Assembly (NCBI GenBank): GCA_030704615.1
Contig: CM060732.1
Span: 43,152,001-43,216,000, forward strand
Direction of reading: 5' to 3'
From: Takakia lepidozioides
Lineage: Eukaryota > Plantae > Bryophyta
DNA: 64,000 nucleotides
The position numbers were made by a program, and so were the translations under genes. This document shows, in pieces, positions 53,230 to 64,000 of this stretch. Numbering within the stretch: the stretch's first letter is position 1; each line of letters begins with the position of its first letter. The notes beneath the pieces are model-generated. The model worked only from the letters and a program-made list of their open reading frames with translations, was not told the origin of the DNA and searched no databases.

Positions 53230-54560
53230 AATGGAAAAAATAACCACGACCAATTACTTGATGCGAGTTTATTTGCAGTGGAGGTGCAGGGAAGTGCAGA
53301 TGACTGCTTAGATTGGCAGTGGCCAATCAGATACTACCTTACTCATGGTCAGTGCCCACCTAGTTATGGAAAGGAGCAGAGGAAGAGAATCACTATCAAG
53401 GCTTACCTTATACTATGATAGGGGGCAGAATGTATAAGCTAGGACCTGATGGAGAACTTAAACGATGCTTGTACCATCATGAAGTAAATAAAGTTTTGGA
53501 GGAAGTTCATAAAGGAGTGGCTGGAGGTCATTTTGGAGAAGAGACTACCAGTAGAAAGATACTACTTGCAGATTACTGGTGGCCTACTTTGTTCAATGAT
53601 GTACACAAGTATTGTAAGAGTTGTGATGAGTGTCAGAGGTTAGGACCATTGCAGAGATATGGGGAAATGGCTTTGCATCCTACAATGCCTACTGAACCAT
53701 TTCAGAAATGGGGACTAGACTTTGTTGGACCAATTAACCCACCAGCCAAGAATACACAGAACAAGTATATAATCACAGCCACTGATTATACTACAAAGTG
53801 GGTGGAAGCTAAAGCTCTGAGGGACAACACAGCTAAGTCCACAGCAAGGTTCATGTATGAGAACATACTTACACGATTTGGCTGTCCCCTGGAATTTATC
53901 AGTGACCAGGGAAGTCACTTCATTAATGAGACCATTGAACTATTGACTAAAGAGTTCATGATTGTGCATAGGAAGAGTACAACTTATTACCCACAGGGTA
54001 ATGGGCAAGCAAAGGCTACCAACAAAATACTATATACTATCTTGGCTAAGATAGTCAATGCAAACAGAACAGATTGGGATACAAAGTTGCTGACAGCTTT
54101 GTGGTCATACATGACTTCATATAAAGTCACCACTAAGTATACACCATTCCAATTAGTTTATGGTATGGAAGCTTTACTTCCAGTGGAATTCTTGTTACCT
54201 ACCATGAGAACTGAATGGGGAAGGAGAATGGAATTGGAAGATTCAATTAAGGTCAGGAAACATGAATTATACCATGTGGAAGAAGTACGTGCTGATGCAG
54301 CTGATAACATGACCAGAATTCAGATGAAGATGAAGGATCAGTTTGATGAAGGTAAATTAAAGACTTTTAAGACGGGAGATTTGGTACTGTGATTGCAGAA
54401 GAATGGGAAGATTAAAGCTTCTAAGCTTAAATCACCATGGAAATGACCTTATGTCATACAGAAGATGTATGATAATAACACCGCCATATTACAAACCATT
54501 AACAAATAAATGTTGGGGAGAGTCAATGTCAATAAGTTGAAAGGATACAGTGGTATCCAT
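53230..54560 (+). mobile_element. Ty3/Gypsy LTR-retrotransposon pol fragment (integrase), degenerate
   Basis: ORF 53415-54392 has the H-H-C-C Zn finger (VHKG..GGHFG..YWWPTL..CKSCDECQ) and the core PFQKWGLDFVGP..TDYTTKWVEAK..ISDQGSHF..YYPQGNGQA(K), with the catalytic E mutated. The GPY/F tail has stops. No LTR identified. Confidence 0.9.
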
Positions 54561-54697
54561 GACAAACCATTGCAGCACGATTTGCATGTTGAGACACAAA
54601 AACAGTCATAGGCTGCGCCAGTGATACCAACGGAGTATGGAGCACTTGTCGCTAAGCTGAGCGTGTATGACCAGGGCGGGAAGTACAGGTGTTCGCA

Positions 54698-54901
54698 TAG
54701 CTATCACAGCCCAACACAGCGTGACACAGCCTATCACAGCCCATCACAGCGTGACACGGCCTATCACAGCCCATCACAGTGTCACACAGCCTATCACAGC
54801 TCATCACAGCGTGACACAGCTTATCACAGCCCATCACAGTGTCACACAGCCTATTACAGTTCACCACAGTTAGACAGCCTGTCACAGCCCAACACAGCCC
54901 A
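54698..54901. repeat. 30-bp tandem repeat built from 10-bp CACAG subunits
   Basis: GCCTATCACAGCCCATCACAG(C/T)GT(G/C)ACACA repeated about 6 times downstream of the integrase. Confidence 0.9.
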
Positions 54902-55462
54902 TACGGGTTACACAGTCCATTGGGTCAGTGACAGGTGGACGTGGGTTAACGTCAAAAAAGTGGCCGTCAAGTGACAAAGAAGTTTGGAAGTCAAACTCGG
55001 AGAATATGCCACGCGGAGAGGGGAAGTCGGGGGCATGTCTAAAAATGGACACGTGGCCACTAAGGCGAAGCACACCGCACTGCATAATTACAAGAGTGGG
55101 TCTCATCATGCAAGAGGACAAATCGGGCCGTCAAAGTACCTACCCGATACATCAGCTAAGACTATTTGTGGGCCCATTAATGCATTCAGGGCAAGGGTAA
55201 CGGAACCCTTTCCGAGTACAGAAAAGATGCCACATGTGCTGTCCTACTGGACATTCCAGGTGGGAATGTCCACGGAAGGGGGGTGGAATTAAGAAGATAC
55301 CTAAGCAGGCAACAGCCAATCAGGAATGAGAATTTCATGCAGGAGGTTTCCTCCAAGAAACAAGAACAAGAAATTGAAAGTGTTATGAGCAGAAGAGTCG
55401 GGGTGGCTCCGAATAGCCAGTGTCTCGACGGGAGGGGCAATCAAAGCACTAGCTTTGTAGCT

Positions 55463-56521
55463 ATGGCGGATGTAACGGATTACACGCTCGCTTTACTTCT
55501 CACGCAGTGGCGTGAGGACGGACGAATTGAGAGTACATTTCCTCTCGCTCGATACTTGCAAGCCCCACAGGCTTACACGCAATTACCTGTTCCATTTTGT
55601 GCCAACCATACCTTTATGCTCTGTGCCCTGCAAGCTTTCCTTCAGCCGTTTCAAACAAGACCTTTTTGTTTGTCCAGAATGAAGAGAGTGAAGGGAATGG
55701 AGGATATCAGGGTGAAGAGCACCACGAATCTGAAGAAGCAAACAATTGCTACACCGCAGGCAGTGCAGCTGCTGGTGAGGGAGTTGCAATTGGAGGGGCT
55801 GCTACGCAAGGACTGGTCCTTGCATCATCGGCAGTATATGATTCAATTTCTTCATAACTTTGAGCCTCGGACAGGAGTTACCCAGGTGAGAGGAGTAGAT
55901 ATAGAAATCACTCCCCAATACTTGCAGCAATTGTTTGATTTGTCATCGGCTCATGTGGATATGGATGAGCACAGGGCAAGATTGCAGATAGGAAATTTAT
56001 TCCAAGAAGGGAGTTTATTTAAGACTCAAGGTTACGCTTGTACCAAAGCCGAGTACCCAGGGCTCAGAGAAGTTGGCCAAATATTGAACGTTCTGTTTGC
56101 CATGAAACAGAACCAACAATATTTGAGCAGGTCATTCATAGAGGAGATCCTGAAAGCTTTGAAGAGAGAGGATGTAGCTTGGGCAGAGTTAATGTACAAT
56201 GGTCTGGTGGAAGAGATGAAGAGGTTACAGGGCACTACTGCTAAGTCTCCGGTCATTGTGTCTGGTCCAGTCATTGCCCAAATCATTCTTGACTCTTGCA
56301 TATTTGATACTCGGGAACGTAAGGAGATGGGAGTGTTTGAGGCAGTAACCACTGCAATTGAAGAGCAGGGCTCTTCAAATAGTGAGGGTGGACTGGCAAG
56401 GCAACACCAATCTAAGAGACAGAAGCGGGGTATAACTGTAGTGGCGGATCCACTGGCTTCACGGAAACCGCAAGATGATGTTTCCCTAGCTCTTGTGCAG
56501 GATGGGGCACAACAGCACTGA
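55463..56521 (+). CDS. Uncharacterised TE-associated ORF (probable additional 3' ORF of the Gypsy element)
   Basis: Long open frame (55283-56521; ATG MADVTDY at 55463) on the same strand, downstream of pol. The segment MIQFLHNF..TQVRGVDIEITPQYLQQLFDL resembles plant retrotransposon accessory (ATHILA ORF1-like) proteins; family call tentative. Confidence 0.45.
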   Translation: MADVTDYTLALLLTQWREDGRIESTFPLARYLQAPQAYTQLPVPFCANHTFMLCALQAFLQPFQTRPFCLSRMKRVKGMEDIRVKSTTNLKKQTIATPQAVQLLVRELQLEGLLRKDWSLHHRQYMIQFLHNFEPRTGVTQVRGVDIEITPQYLQQLFDLSSAHVDMDEHRARLQIGNLFQEGSLFKTQGYACTKAEYPGLREVGQILNVLFAMKQNQQYLSRSFIEEILKALKREDVAWAELMYNGLVEEMKRLQGTTAKSPVIVSGPVIAQIILDSCIFDTRERKEMGVFEAVTTAIEEQGSSNSEGGLARQHQSKRQKRGITVVADPLASRKPQDDVSLALVQDGAQQH

Positions 56522-56544
56522 GGGCTGTTATTATTGGAAGCATG

Positions 56545-58801
56545 ACAGTTCGGCCGAGGGTCGGACATGCACTCAATCCTGGAGGTGAAACGAATGATTG
56601 GATATGACTACATCCAAGGTAGCAGGTTTCCAGGGCAAGGCAGCGAATCCGATCGTTGTTACATTTTTAAAATGTCGACGTGTGGGCCTGGGAGTGGAGT
56701 CGACTTGGTCACTCGCATGACAACTGGAAACTTGTCGAATGCTTGGGTGATGTTTGATCACATCAAGCGAATTACAAACCATCAGTGGGTGACTATGGGT
56801 GCGCATGTTTATGACTATCACTCCAAGAGGCTCATGACGATTGCAATCTGCGAGATGAAAGGGGAGGACACACAGTCGGAGATGCATTTGTGGGAGGGCA
56901 TAAACGAGCAGATGGCAAGGGCGGGATTGCCAGAGCCCAATTTCAGGGGATTCATGGCAGACAACGCTCAGGCCAACTGGGCGGCGGTGCGGCGTGTGTA
57001 CGGTGAGGACCCAATGTTCCAATAGAGGGGAAAGAGAGATCCTGTGGATTCCATTGGATGCAGAGTCTATCTCACTACACTACCAAATTTGTTGCTAGCT
57101 CATTTCAGGCTGAACACCGTGTCCTTTGTATGGCGTGGAAGGATGCACCCACATTTGATGACGCGGAGGTTAAGTTTGCTATCATCAAGGCTTGGTGGAA
57201 CACGTCAGGTGCAGTGGAGACAACCAATCTGGGAGCCTTGCACAGCTAGTTGGGGTGGTGGCATTTCCGGTATCGACAGTTCGGAGAGTACATGCGGGAG
57301 GTATGATGCTGTCATTTTCGTGCAATTGTCTTTCTATTACGGACCTTTCCATTGGTTCCTCACCATTGTTTGTGTCCTTGTAGGAGCGGTGCTTGGATTC
57401 CGACACGGACATGCCGAACACGAATATGGCAGAATCAGTGTACTCCTCCTGGCAAGCGTCTTTTGCCGCACATCTGGTGGACGTAGTGACGGCCACAACG
57501 GAGGACATCGACAGAGCAATCATGCAGCAAGCCACGTACTACAAGTTCCTGAGCGGGAAACAATAGGGCTTTGGGCCGGACAGGGAGGAATTGTTGGTAC
57601 GAACAGCTTTGAGGTCGAAGAATCCACTGAAATAGGCGACAACATTGCGAGAGAAGATCAAAGGGACGCCTCTGCACCGCAGAGGTGAGCACCTAGAGGG
57701 GGACGTCTGTACTCGCCCTGTGAGGCGGAGGATTGAAGAGGAACCCGGGTGCGAAGAGGATTCCTGGAGATCCTTCAGGAACATTTGGACAGCACCTTGT
57801 TGCCGCACAATGTGTCTTCCAGCAGTGGAAGCCCAAGAAATTCCATATCGCCATCGCCTTCAAGCGGGGATTCCGTGCGAGAAATTCCCACCGCTCGCTT
57901 GCCCCAGATTCCGCCCGCTGTTATGCAGTATGGCCAAGCCATTGTGGAGACGATTGTGTCTGCGTCACAGTGGAGAATTGCTCGCACAAAGCCGTCGTTT
58001 CGAGGCAGGTGTTCCGCAATTCGAGTGGATACACGGCAACGTTGTTTAGAGATGATAAGGAGGAATCCAGATGGTGTTGTCCCTGCTCCTACTTTTACAG
58101 GAAGATTTGTCCATGCAAAGTTTGCGGAGGCGACAACCACCCAATTCTGGTTCTGCAGGTATGACATTATAACTTGCGTGTATGGAAAGCCCAAGTACGG
58201 CATACAAACAATGCCAGAGGCTCCCCCGGTGTGGCCGGTGGAACCAGGCTGCGATCTGAGTCAGGTTGAGGCCGACGCCCTTACCGCCGCAGGATTTTGG
58301 ATGGTGCAGCGCACTGACGTCCCCAGACAACCATTTCCGCTTCCACAGCCTCCACCACTAACCCCTAAAAGAGCAAGAACAATGGGACCCGACAGCTCTA
58401 AGCATCCTACACACCGTTGGGGGAAACCGAAGAGGCGGCGACCTTCCTCAAAAGTGAACGAGACAAGGATGGGGAATGCACTTCGGATGAACTGTACAAT
58501 CCAGAGCTCAACAGAAGTGCCCCCACCAGGCTTCGGGCGTGTATATCAGATGGCCACGGCAGGCTCAGCTGTTCGCAATGAGGTGTACACCATCACCATT
58601 TCAGAATTACCCACCTACAATTGCACCGACTTCTAGATCATGGCGAACAAGGGGGCATCATACTGCCCTTGCAAGCATCTGTACTACGTGTACCTAAAGA
58701 GACTCCGGTGTAATTCCACAACTCATCACTTCATACATGCACCAAGGTTGAGCCCCCAAGAGGTGCACACTCTTCTGAATATGGATCCAGGGGACCAGTG
58801 A
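56545..58801 (+). pseudogene. MULE-like DDE transposase + SWIM (element C), 5'-truncated, with stops and frameshifts, one intron
   Basis: YIQGSRFPGQG..YIFKMSTCGPGSGVDLV.RM..WVMFDHIKRI (D), FMADNAQANW (D), SCGFHW (CxxH), WHFRYRQF, intron 57301-57383, MPNTNMAESV (E), FWFC..WPV module, SWIM, TGA 58799-58801. Collinear with element B. Confidence 0.88.
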
Positions 58802-59039
58802 GCTTGGCTTGCGGTCCCAACACTATGGTACGCCCATCCTTTTTGGATAGTAGAACTGTACTGCTGCAAGTAACTCTGAGTCTGGCCATAGAAAGGTCGG
58901 ACTTATGTCTTGCCTACCAGTAACCTGTTTTGCTCGAACTAAGATAATACTATGTCATTCACTCGTGTTTCCACGTGCATGTATTTTTGTGTGTTGGAGG
59001 GTTCCTGTTTTTCTGCTCTCCCAAACTTTGCTTTCCTCA

Positions 59040-59631
59040 TTCGACCCCCGGCAAGGAAATGCGGCGCCGCATTTCCAAGTAATGTCGTAGGTATTGGTAG
59101 ATGCGGCATTCACCAACACCAAACTGCCCAGAAATTTTGCACGTGCGAACCCTAATGCGGCACCGCATTTCCCAGTTGAGTCGCAAACCTTTCCCGCTGA
59201 ATACTCGAAGATAACAGAATTGTGCAGACTCTATTGGTTCAATCGCGGCAAAAGGGTCAGCTTCATTCCAATGTTAAGGCATATAAAACCGCGGAATACT
59301 CTATACAGGCCAGTATGCGACGTCCTTTTGCCGTGGTATACTGGATTTCTCGTTGCACGGTCACTCATTTCCATGAGCGGATCTAAAAAACCATGAGCGG
59401 AGTTGTTACTGACGACATATCTTCGCCGCATTACAGGATCTGGAACTTCCAAAAACGGCAAGGTCAAATAAAAAACTATTATTTTAGTACTTGTTTAATC
59501 TGCCGCATTTCCAAATTTGGAGGAGTCCGCTCATGAAATCCGCGTGTCTTAGACTTCGGCTCACCGCTCATGCGGCTCATGCGGCTCATGGCTCATGGCT
59601 CATGGTTTCTGCTCATGAAATAGTAAACCTC
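59040..59631. mobile_element. Subterminal region and right terminus of element C
   Basis: Palindromes AAATGCGGCGCCGCATTT (~59057) and AATGCGGCACCGCATT (~59154); a (GCGGCTCAT)n array; end GCTCATGAAATAGTAAACCTC shared with 1000-1020. Confidence 0.7.
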
Positions 59632-59945
59632 TCTGACATTCATCACAACTCTGACAATACTTGTGTACATCTTTGAACAAAGTAGGCCACCAGTAACCTG
59701 CAAGTAGTATCTTCCTACTGGTAGTCTCTTCTCCAAAATGACCTCCAACCACTCCTTTATGAACTTCTTCCAAAACTTTATTTACTTCATGGTGGTACAA
59801 GCATCATTTAAGTACTCCATCAGGTCCTAGCTTATACATTCTGCCCCCTACCATAGTATAAGGTAAAGCCTTGATAGCGATTCTCTTCCTCTGCTCCTTA
59901 CCATAACTAGGTGGGCACTGACCATGAGTAAGGTAGTAGCTGATC
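59631..59945 (-). mobile_element. Short Gypsy pol fragment, inverted near-copy of 53326-53638
   Basis: YYLTHGQCPPSYGKEQRKRIAIKALPYTMVGGRMYKLGPDGVLK*CLYHHEVNKVLEEVHKG..YWWPTLFKDVHKYCQSCDECQ; nucleotide match roughly 95% by eye. Confidence 0.9.
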
Positions 59946-59946
59946 A

Positions 59947-60130
59947 GGGATGCCTCGGCGTGAGCCTGGTCACGTGAGCGCGTGAGCGCGACTGCGCTCA
60001 CGCCACGTCACCTTGCGCAAATGCCACGTCACGGAGCTCAGTCCACGTCATCACACGTGGAGGCCGAGTCACCACGCACCCAGAAAGAAGTGGAGTGTAT
60101 TCCCGCGGATTGGCACCCTTTACCGCGGAA
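59947..60130. mobile_element. Probable left terminus of an element (D) that extends beyond the window and contains the MTase-like gene
   Basis: Abrupt switch from Gypsy sequence to GGGATGCCTCGGCGTGAGCCTGGTCACGTGAGC; multiple CGTGAGC/GCTCACG motifs; similar to the reverse complement of element B's end. Confidence 0.5.
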
Positions 60131-60164
60131 ACAAGCTGGACGACATAATAAAAGGCATTGAATA

Positions 60165-60515
60165 AATGATGGATGAATGTACAGTTGGATGATAAACAGA
60201 TGGATGAGTTTGAAAAATCTATGTAGATGGATGAATGACGGATGGATAAGAGTAAAATGGATGAATGTATAATGGATGTTGAGCAATGACAAAAATTCAT
60301 GACAGGAAGATGCATGACCAAATCTTTTGACGAATGCACAAAGTATATGAAATGAGTGTGGAAGGTTTGTGGGGTGGATTAAAGAGTACAGAGGATGAAT
60401 GTACAATGGATGTTGTACAAAGGAAGCTTTCATGAATGGAGCACGCATGAATACAGTGTAGATGAATGCACAATGGATATGAGAAGAGTCAGGAAGGTTT
60501 GTGAGATGGATTCAT
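60165..60515. repeat. Degenerate TGGATGAATG(TACA) low-complexity repeat
   Basis: TGGAT/GGATGAATG recurs many times with a loose higher-order period. Confidence 0.6.
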
Positions 60516-60971
60516 ACATATAGCAATTTAAACGAAAGTTGATTCTGTGATTATTATTTGTTCTAAAGGAACAACTACGGTAGAGTAAGGGGATTCAACG
60601 TTTTCCAGATAATATGAAAATGAATATTAAAATAATACAGTTCAGTCTGACTCAGAGTCAGTACAATGTATCCCCTCTTCCTCTGCATCTAAGTCTAAGT
60701 ATTTTAGAACACCGGATCCACGCTGGATACACCTACGGCTGGCCACTAAAAAGTCAGGGGATAGGGACTCGGACGCGTGAAGTGCCATTGCTTCGGCATA
60801 AACAGGGAGCAGAAAATTGGAAAGGGGGCTGTCGAAAACAGACTCGCCAGAAATGACTGTATCTCCTGAAGATCCACCGCTGGCTTTCCTGAAAGACAGC
60901 CTGAAAAAGTTATTACTGTAACTTTGATGTTATCGAGAAATTGAGTATGACTCCCAAAGAGGGTTTAGCAC

Positions 60972-63900
60972 TTACTCACATGAAAAGTCGTTGTCGACCT
61001 GCTTATCTTCGGGATCGTCATCATTTCGAATATGAATCCGATCAGTCTGTGTGCCTGAAGTGGAGCCAGACAAAAGGGGGAGGAGCACTGTGTTGTAGAG
61101 GTCAGAATCACCCTCCATACCAAAAAGGCTTCTTCCGCCTGCCTTGCATGCGTGGTAAGTTGCTCCTGCACCAGACAGGAGAACATAAGCAGTTTGGAGG
61201 AGGGGATTTAAGCAGATGAAACTGTTGAAAGGAAACCAATTCGGAAGGGAGAAAACGAACCTGTGGACACAGAAAGATCGACCACCCGTGCAGAGCGGTG
61301 GCTGCATGACTCCAGCAGTATTTGCATGAATGCTGGTGACTTTTCCTTTGCACCTCTCCAGGGAGTGCCATCTGGTCTCTTCAGAGTCTGACTGGACTGC
61401 ATGAAGTTGTACAAAATGTCATCGACATGGGGCTCATAGGGGGGGTTGACGAAACAACCCTGGTCAGAAATCTCAAAGCTGCGGATGGAGGATGGTGTCT
61501 TTGATGTGCGAATCCTCCGCAGGCAGATCGCCTCGAACATCCTCGTCTGCCAAAGATAGCAGGTTAGTGTGGTAAACACAATCTAAAGTGGAAGTGTGTA
61601 CATCGGCTATTCAGAACTCTGACACCAAAAAACCATGAATCGTTGATGATCGGTGTCGATCATAAAACATTCTACTAGAGTGGAGCTGCAGAGAAAATTG
61701 AAACTCATGATCAAAGCATAAGCAGAAGGCAGACGGCATACCAGCTGACCAGGGAAACCCCCTTTCACAAGGTAGAGGCTGTTCACACAATTCCATGTGC
61801 GCAAAACTTCAAACCCTGAAGACTTGAGGTATGATGCCAATGCCCGACGACTATCATTGTCACATGACTGAAAAAGCAGAAGTGTCCCTGCATCAGAGAG
61901 GAAATTGTTACAGAACCCGAATACCCAACTCCAGTAGTTGTCCTCGAATTTGTTCCACCTGGCGTCTTGCCCTTTGGAAGAACTTCTGGCACAGCCTGGC
62001 CATCCGGGATGTCGAGAATGACAATGTCGGCCGCATAAGTTTTCTGCACACCGCACACGAAGGTGGGACCTGTGCTCACCTGCAACAGACATGTTTTTTA
62101 TAAGAACGATGGCAAGAATGTTTTCAAAGAACGAGACTGAAATACTGCCAACGAAACATTCAGAGAAAAAGGAAAGAAAGTGGAATTCTCACCAGATTGA
62201 GGAATGAGATTATATTGTCCCAGGTAGGGGATGGCACCCCAGTGTATCCTCTCTTTCGACTCTGCATCATCGAAAGCCAACCCTCATTAACAATTTTCAT
62301 CTCTCCTGCTGAATCAGAACGGGAAGGGTGTGGCTTGGCATCGAACACGCACTGAAGAGTGCGGGTATATCTTCCAGCACTAAAGTCCTGCCCACTCTCC
62401 ATCTCCTTTTCATTCTCCTTCCCCTTGTCCTTTTCCTTCTCTTTGGACTTGTCTTTGTCCTTTGGCTTTGCTGGTGAGATGGCTATGACATCAACAGCCT
62501 TGTCTTTTGGTTTGCGGCCCGCCTTCTTTCCCTTCTGCGGCGTTCCCTGAGCATCAGGCTCCTTGGCAGCCAAGGTTGCTATGTTTCGTTGATACTCTTC
62601 GTCAGTCAAAGGCGCCAGCATCTCAGCGTTATTGTTCAAGTATTTCATATGCTGTTCTTGAAAGGTCGTGTGCTCAGGTGGGCAGTCAAGGTACCACCCA
62701 CAGTCTCTGAAGTGAGAAGGACTCCAGTCCTTCAATATCCCTGCAGTATACATGGTTGGATCGTTTGCAGGGTCCGACCACATGTCAAGATAGTCGGGAA
62801 TTCCGCTCAGGTGATTTCCTTCCATAAGCACATATTTCGTGTACCTGAAAAAAGGAGATGAATCCCAACCCACAAAAGCGCTCAGTGAGTAAGATGCAAG
62901 TAGAACAGAAAGAATAAAACATGGATTGAAATGGCTCTGACAACTGCTCCAAGGACCTTTCAGGACCACACTACTGCTCCAGATATGAATGTCGTCAACG
63001 CCATTCAGAACATTCCATTCCATGACACTGTAAATACATCCTAATCCAGGTGAATGCAAATAAGCGATTAGAAATGACACAGACATAGAAGTGAATGTCG
63101 TCAACGACATTCAAGAATGAAGCCAAATTATTACTGAAATGAAGCAAAATCACAGGATGGAAATAAAAAATTGAGTAAGGAACCATCCAGGAAAACTCAA
63201 TGCACATTCATAACGAACCTATCACTGAGGACCTCACAACATCACTGTATGTGAATGGCGTCAACGCCATTCACAAAAATACAAAAAAGAAACCAATTAC
63301 TTAGCTCCCCAATCCATGAAAATTGAATTTGTCGTTTTTGAATAATACAGACACAGCTGTGAATGTCGTCAACGACATTCACTTTGGATTTCTTAAAACA
63401 GAGCTTATCAAGCCTCCATATTCATCGCAAGAGGAAAAAACAATGCAGAACAACTGAATGTCTGCATTGACATTCAGCAAAATGAAGTGATCAACCCTCA
63501 TTGTAACCTCTATGGACATTACAAAAATTTAAATAACCTTGAGGACCACACAACAACTCCGTATGTGAATGTCGTCAACGCCATTCAAGGACATTATCAA
63601 TTCTAATCAGGGACAATATAATTGCACCCTTAGATCCTAACCAGGTGAATTCATATACTCGCTTAAGAATGACTCAGACAAAGAAGTGAATGTCGTCAAC
63701 GACATTCAATCTGGATCTAAGATTGCAATCCATATGAAGCCACAATTTTTCCCAAAAAAACAGTAGAGTTTCAAGTATGACATTTCACCTGTACACAACT
63801 CGCATCATGGCCCACTCTCCTCCAACCTGACTGTCAAAGTCGTTGGACCGTAAAATGTTACCATCTTTGGAGAACTCCCGGAAAAAACAGTATCTCCAGG

Positions 63901-64000
63901 TGAGACCTCTCCACTTCCTTATGTATGCCTCCAATGACATTTGGGGAGGGGAAACAATCGCAATGTTCAGGTCCTTCAAAGTCTGATCCAGCACAATGAC
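60972..64000 (-). pseudogene. Spliced beta-class amino-DNA-methyltransferase-like (N4mC/N6mA, N6_N4_Mtase-like) gene, 5'-incomplete; exons >64000-63789, 62844-62193, 62079-61742, 61546-61261, 61165-60972; one frameshift at ~61958
   Basis: Four GT-AG junctions join in frame. Motif order: IV-like ADIVILDIPDG, then P.WN, F...FLSDAGTLLLF, WRGAKEKSPAFMQILLESCS (X-like), VVDLSVSTGATYHAC..GRSLFGMEGD (I-II; compare VLDPFxGSGTT..A...GR..IG.E.D). A K/E-rich linker and an unknown N-terminal domain lie upstream. Confidence 0.7.
62986..63708. repeat. Array of seven 22-bp palindromes (TGAATGTCGTCAACGACATTCA) in the long intron of the MTase-like gene
   Basis: Copies at 62986, 63092, 63252, 63360, 63455 (degenerate), 63566 and 63687; spacing about 95-160 bp. 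Confidence 0.9.

Noticed and set aside
62986-63708. CRISPR array
   Set aside because: Spacers are long, uneven (75-140 bp) and partly similar to one another; there are no cas genes; the context is a eukaryotic intron.
1-64000. tRNA, rRNA or other structured RNA genes; LTR pairs
   Set aside because: None were recognised by eye; tRNAscan-SE, Infernal and an LTR finder would be needed to exclude them.

Overview
Nuclear DNA of a land plant, most likely a non-seed plant (bryophyte or fern/lycophyte grade; inferred from gene content, PLS-class PPR remnants and a CVNH gene). A central gene-rich block (about 20.7-53 kb) holds four intact host genes: an ARMADILLO-REPEAT-ONLY protein (3 coding exons), an EMSY-like ENT/Agenet protein with an intronless CDS, SEC22 (5 coding exons, U12-type first intron) and the organellar alpha-beta fused glycyl-tRNA ligase (many exons). 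A nest of hAT-type non-autonomous elements lies between SEC22 and GlyRS. Both flanks are transposon-rich. They contain four diverged, decayed copies of an unusual Mutator/MULE-like transposase (GCM/WRKY-like Zn domain + DDE + conserved C-terminal module + SWIM), Ty3/Gypsy integrase fragments, a modular repeat family in opposite orientations and a decayed PLS-PPR gene. Two highlights need reading across frames and introns. (1) At 60.97 to >64 kb (-) there is a spliced gene for a bacterial-type beta-class amino (N4mC/N6mA) DNA methyltransferase-like protein; it lies behind a terminus resembling that of the MULE at 2.5-6.4 kb, suggesting MTase-carrying Mutator elements. (2) A cyanovirin-N-homolog (CVNH) gene is split into two halves about 10 kb apart on opposite strands, which points to a repeat-associated inversion. 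All calls come from manual reading; no database search was run.
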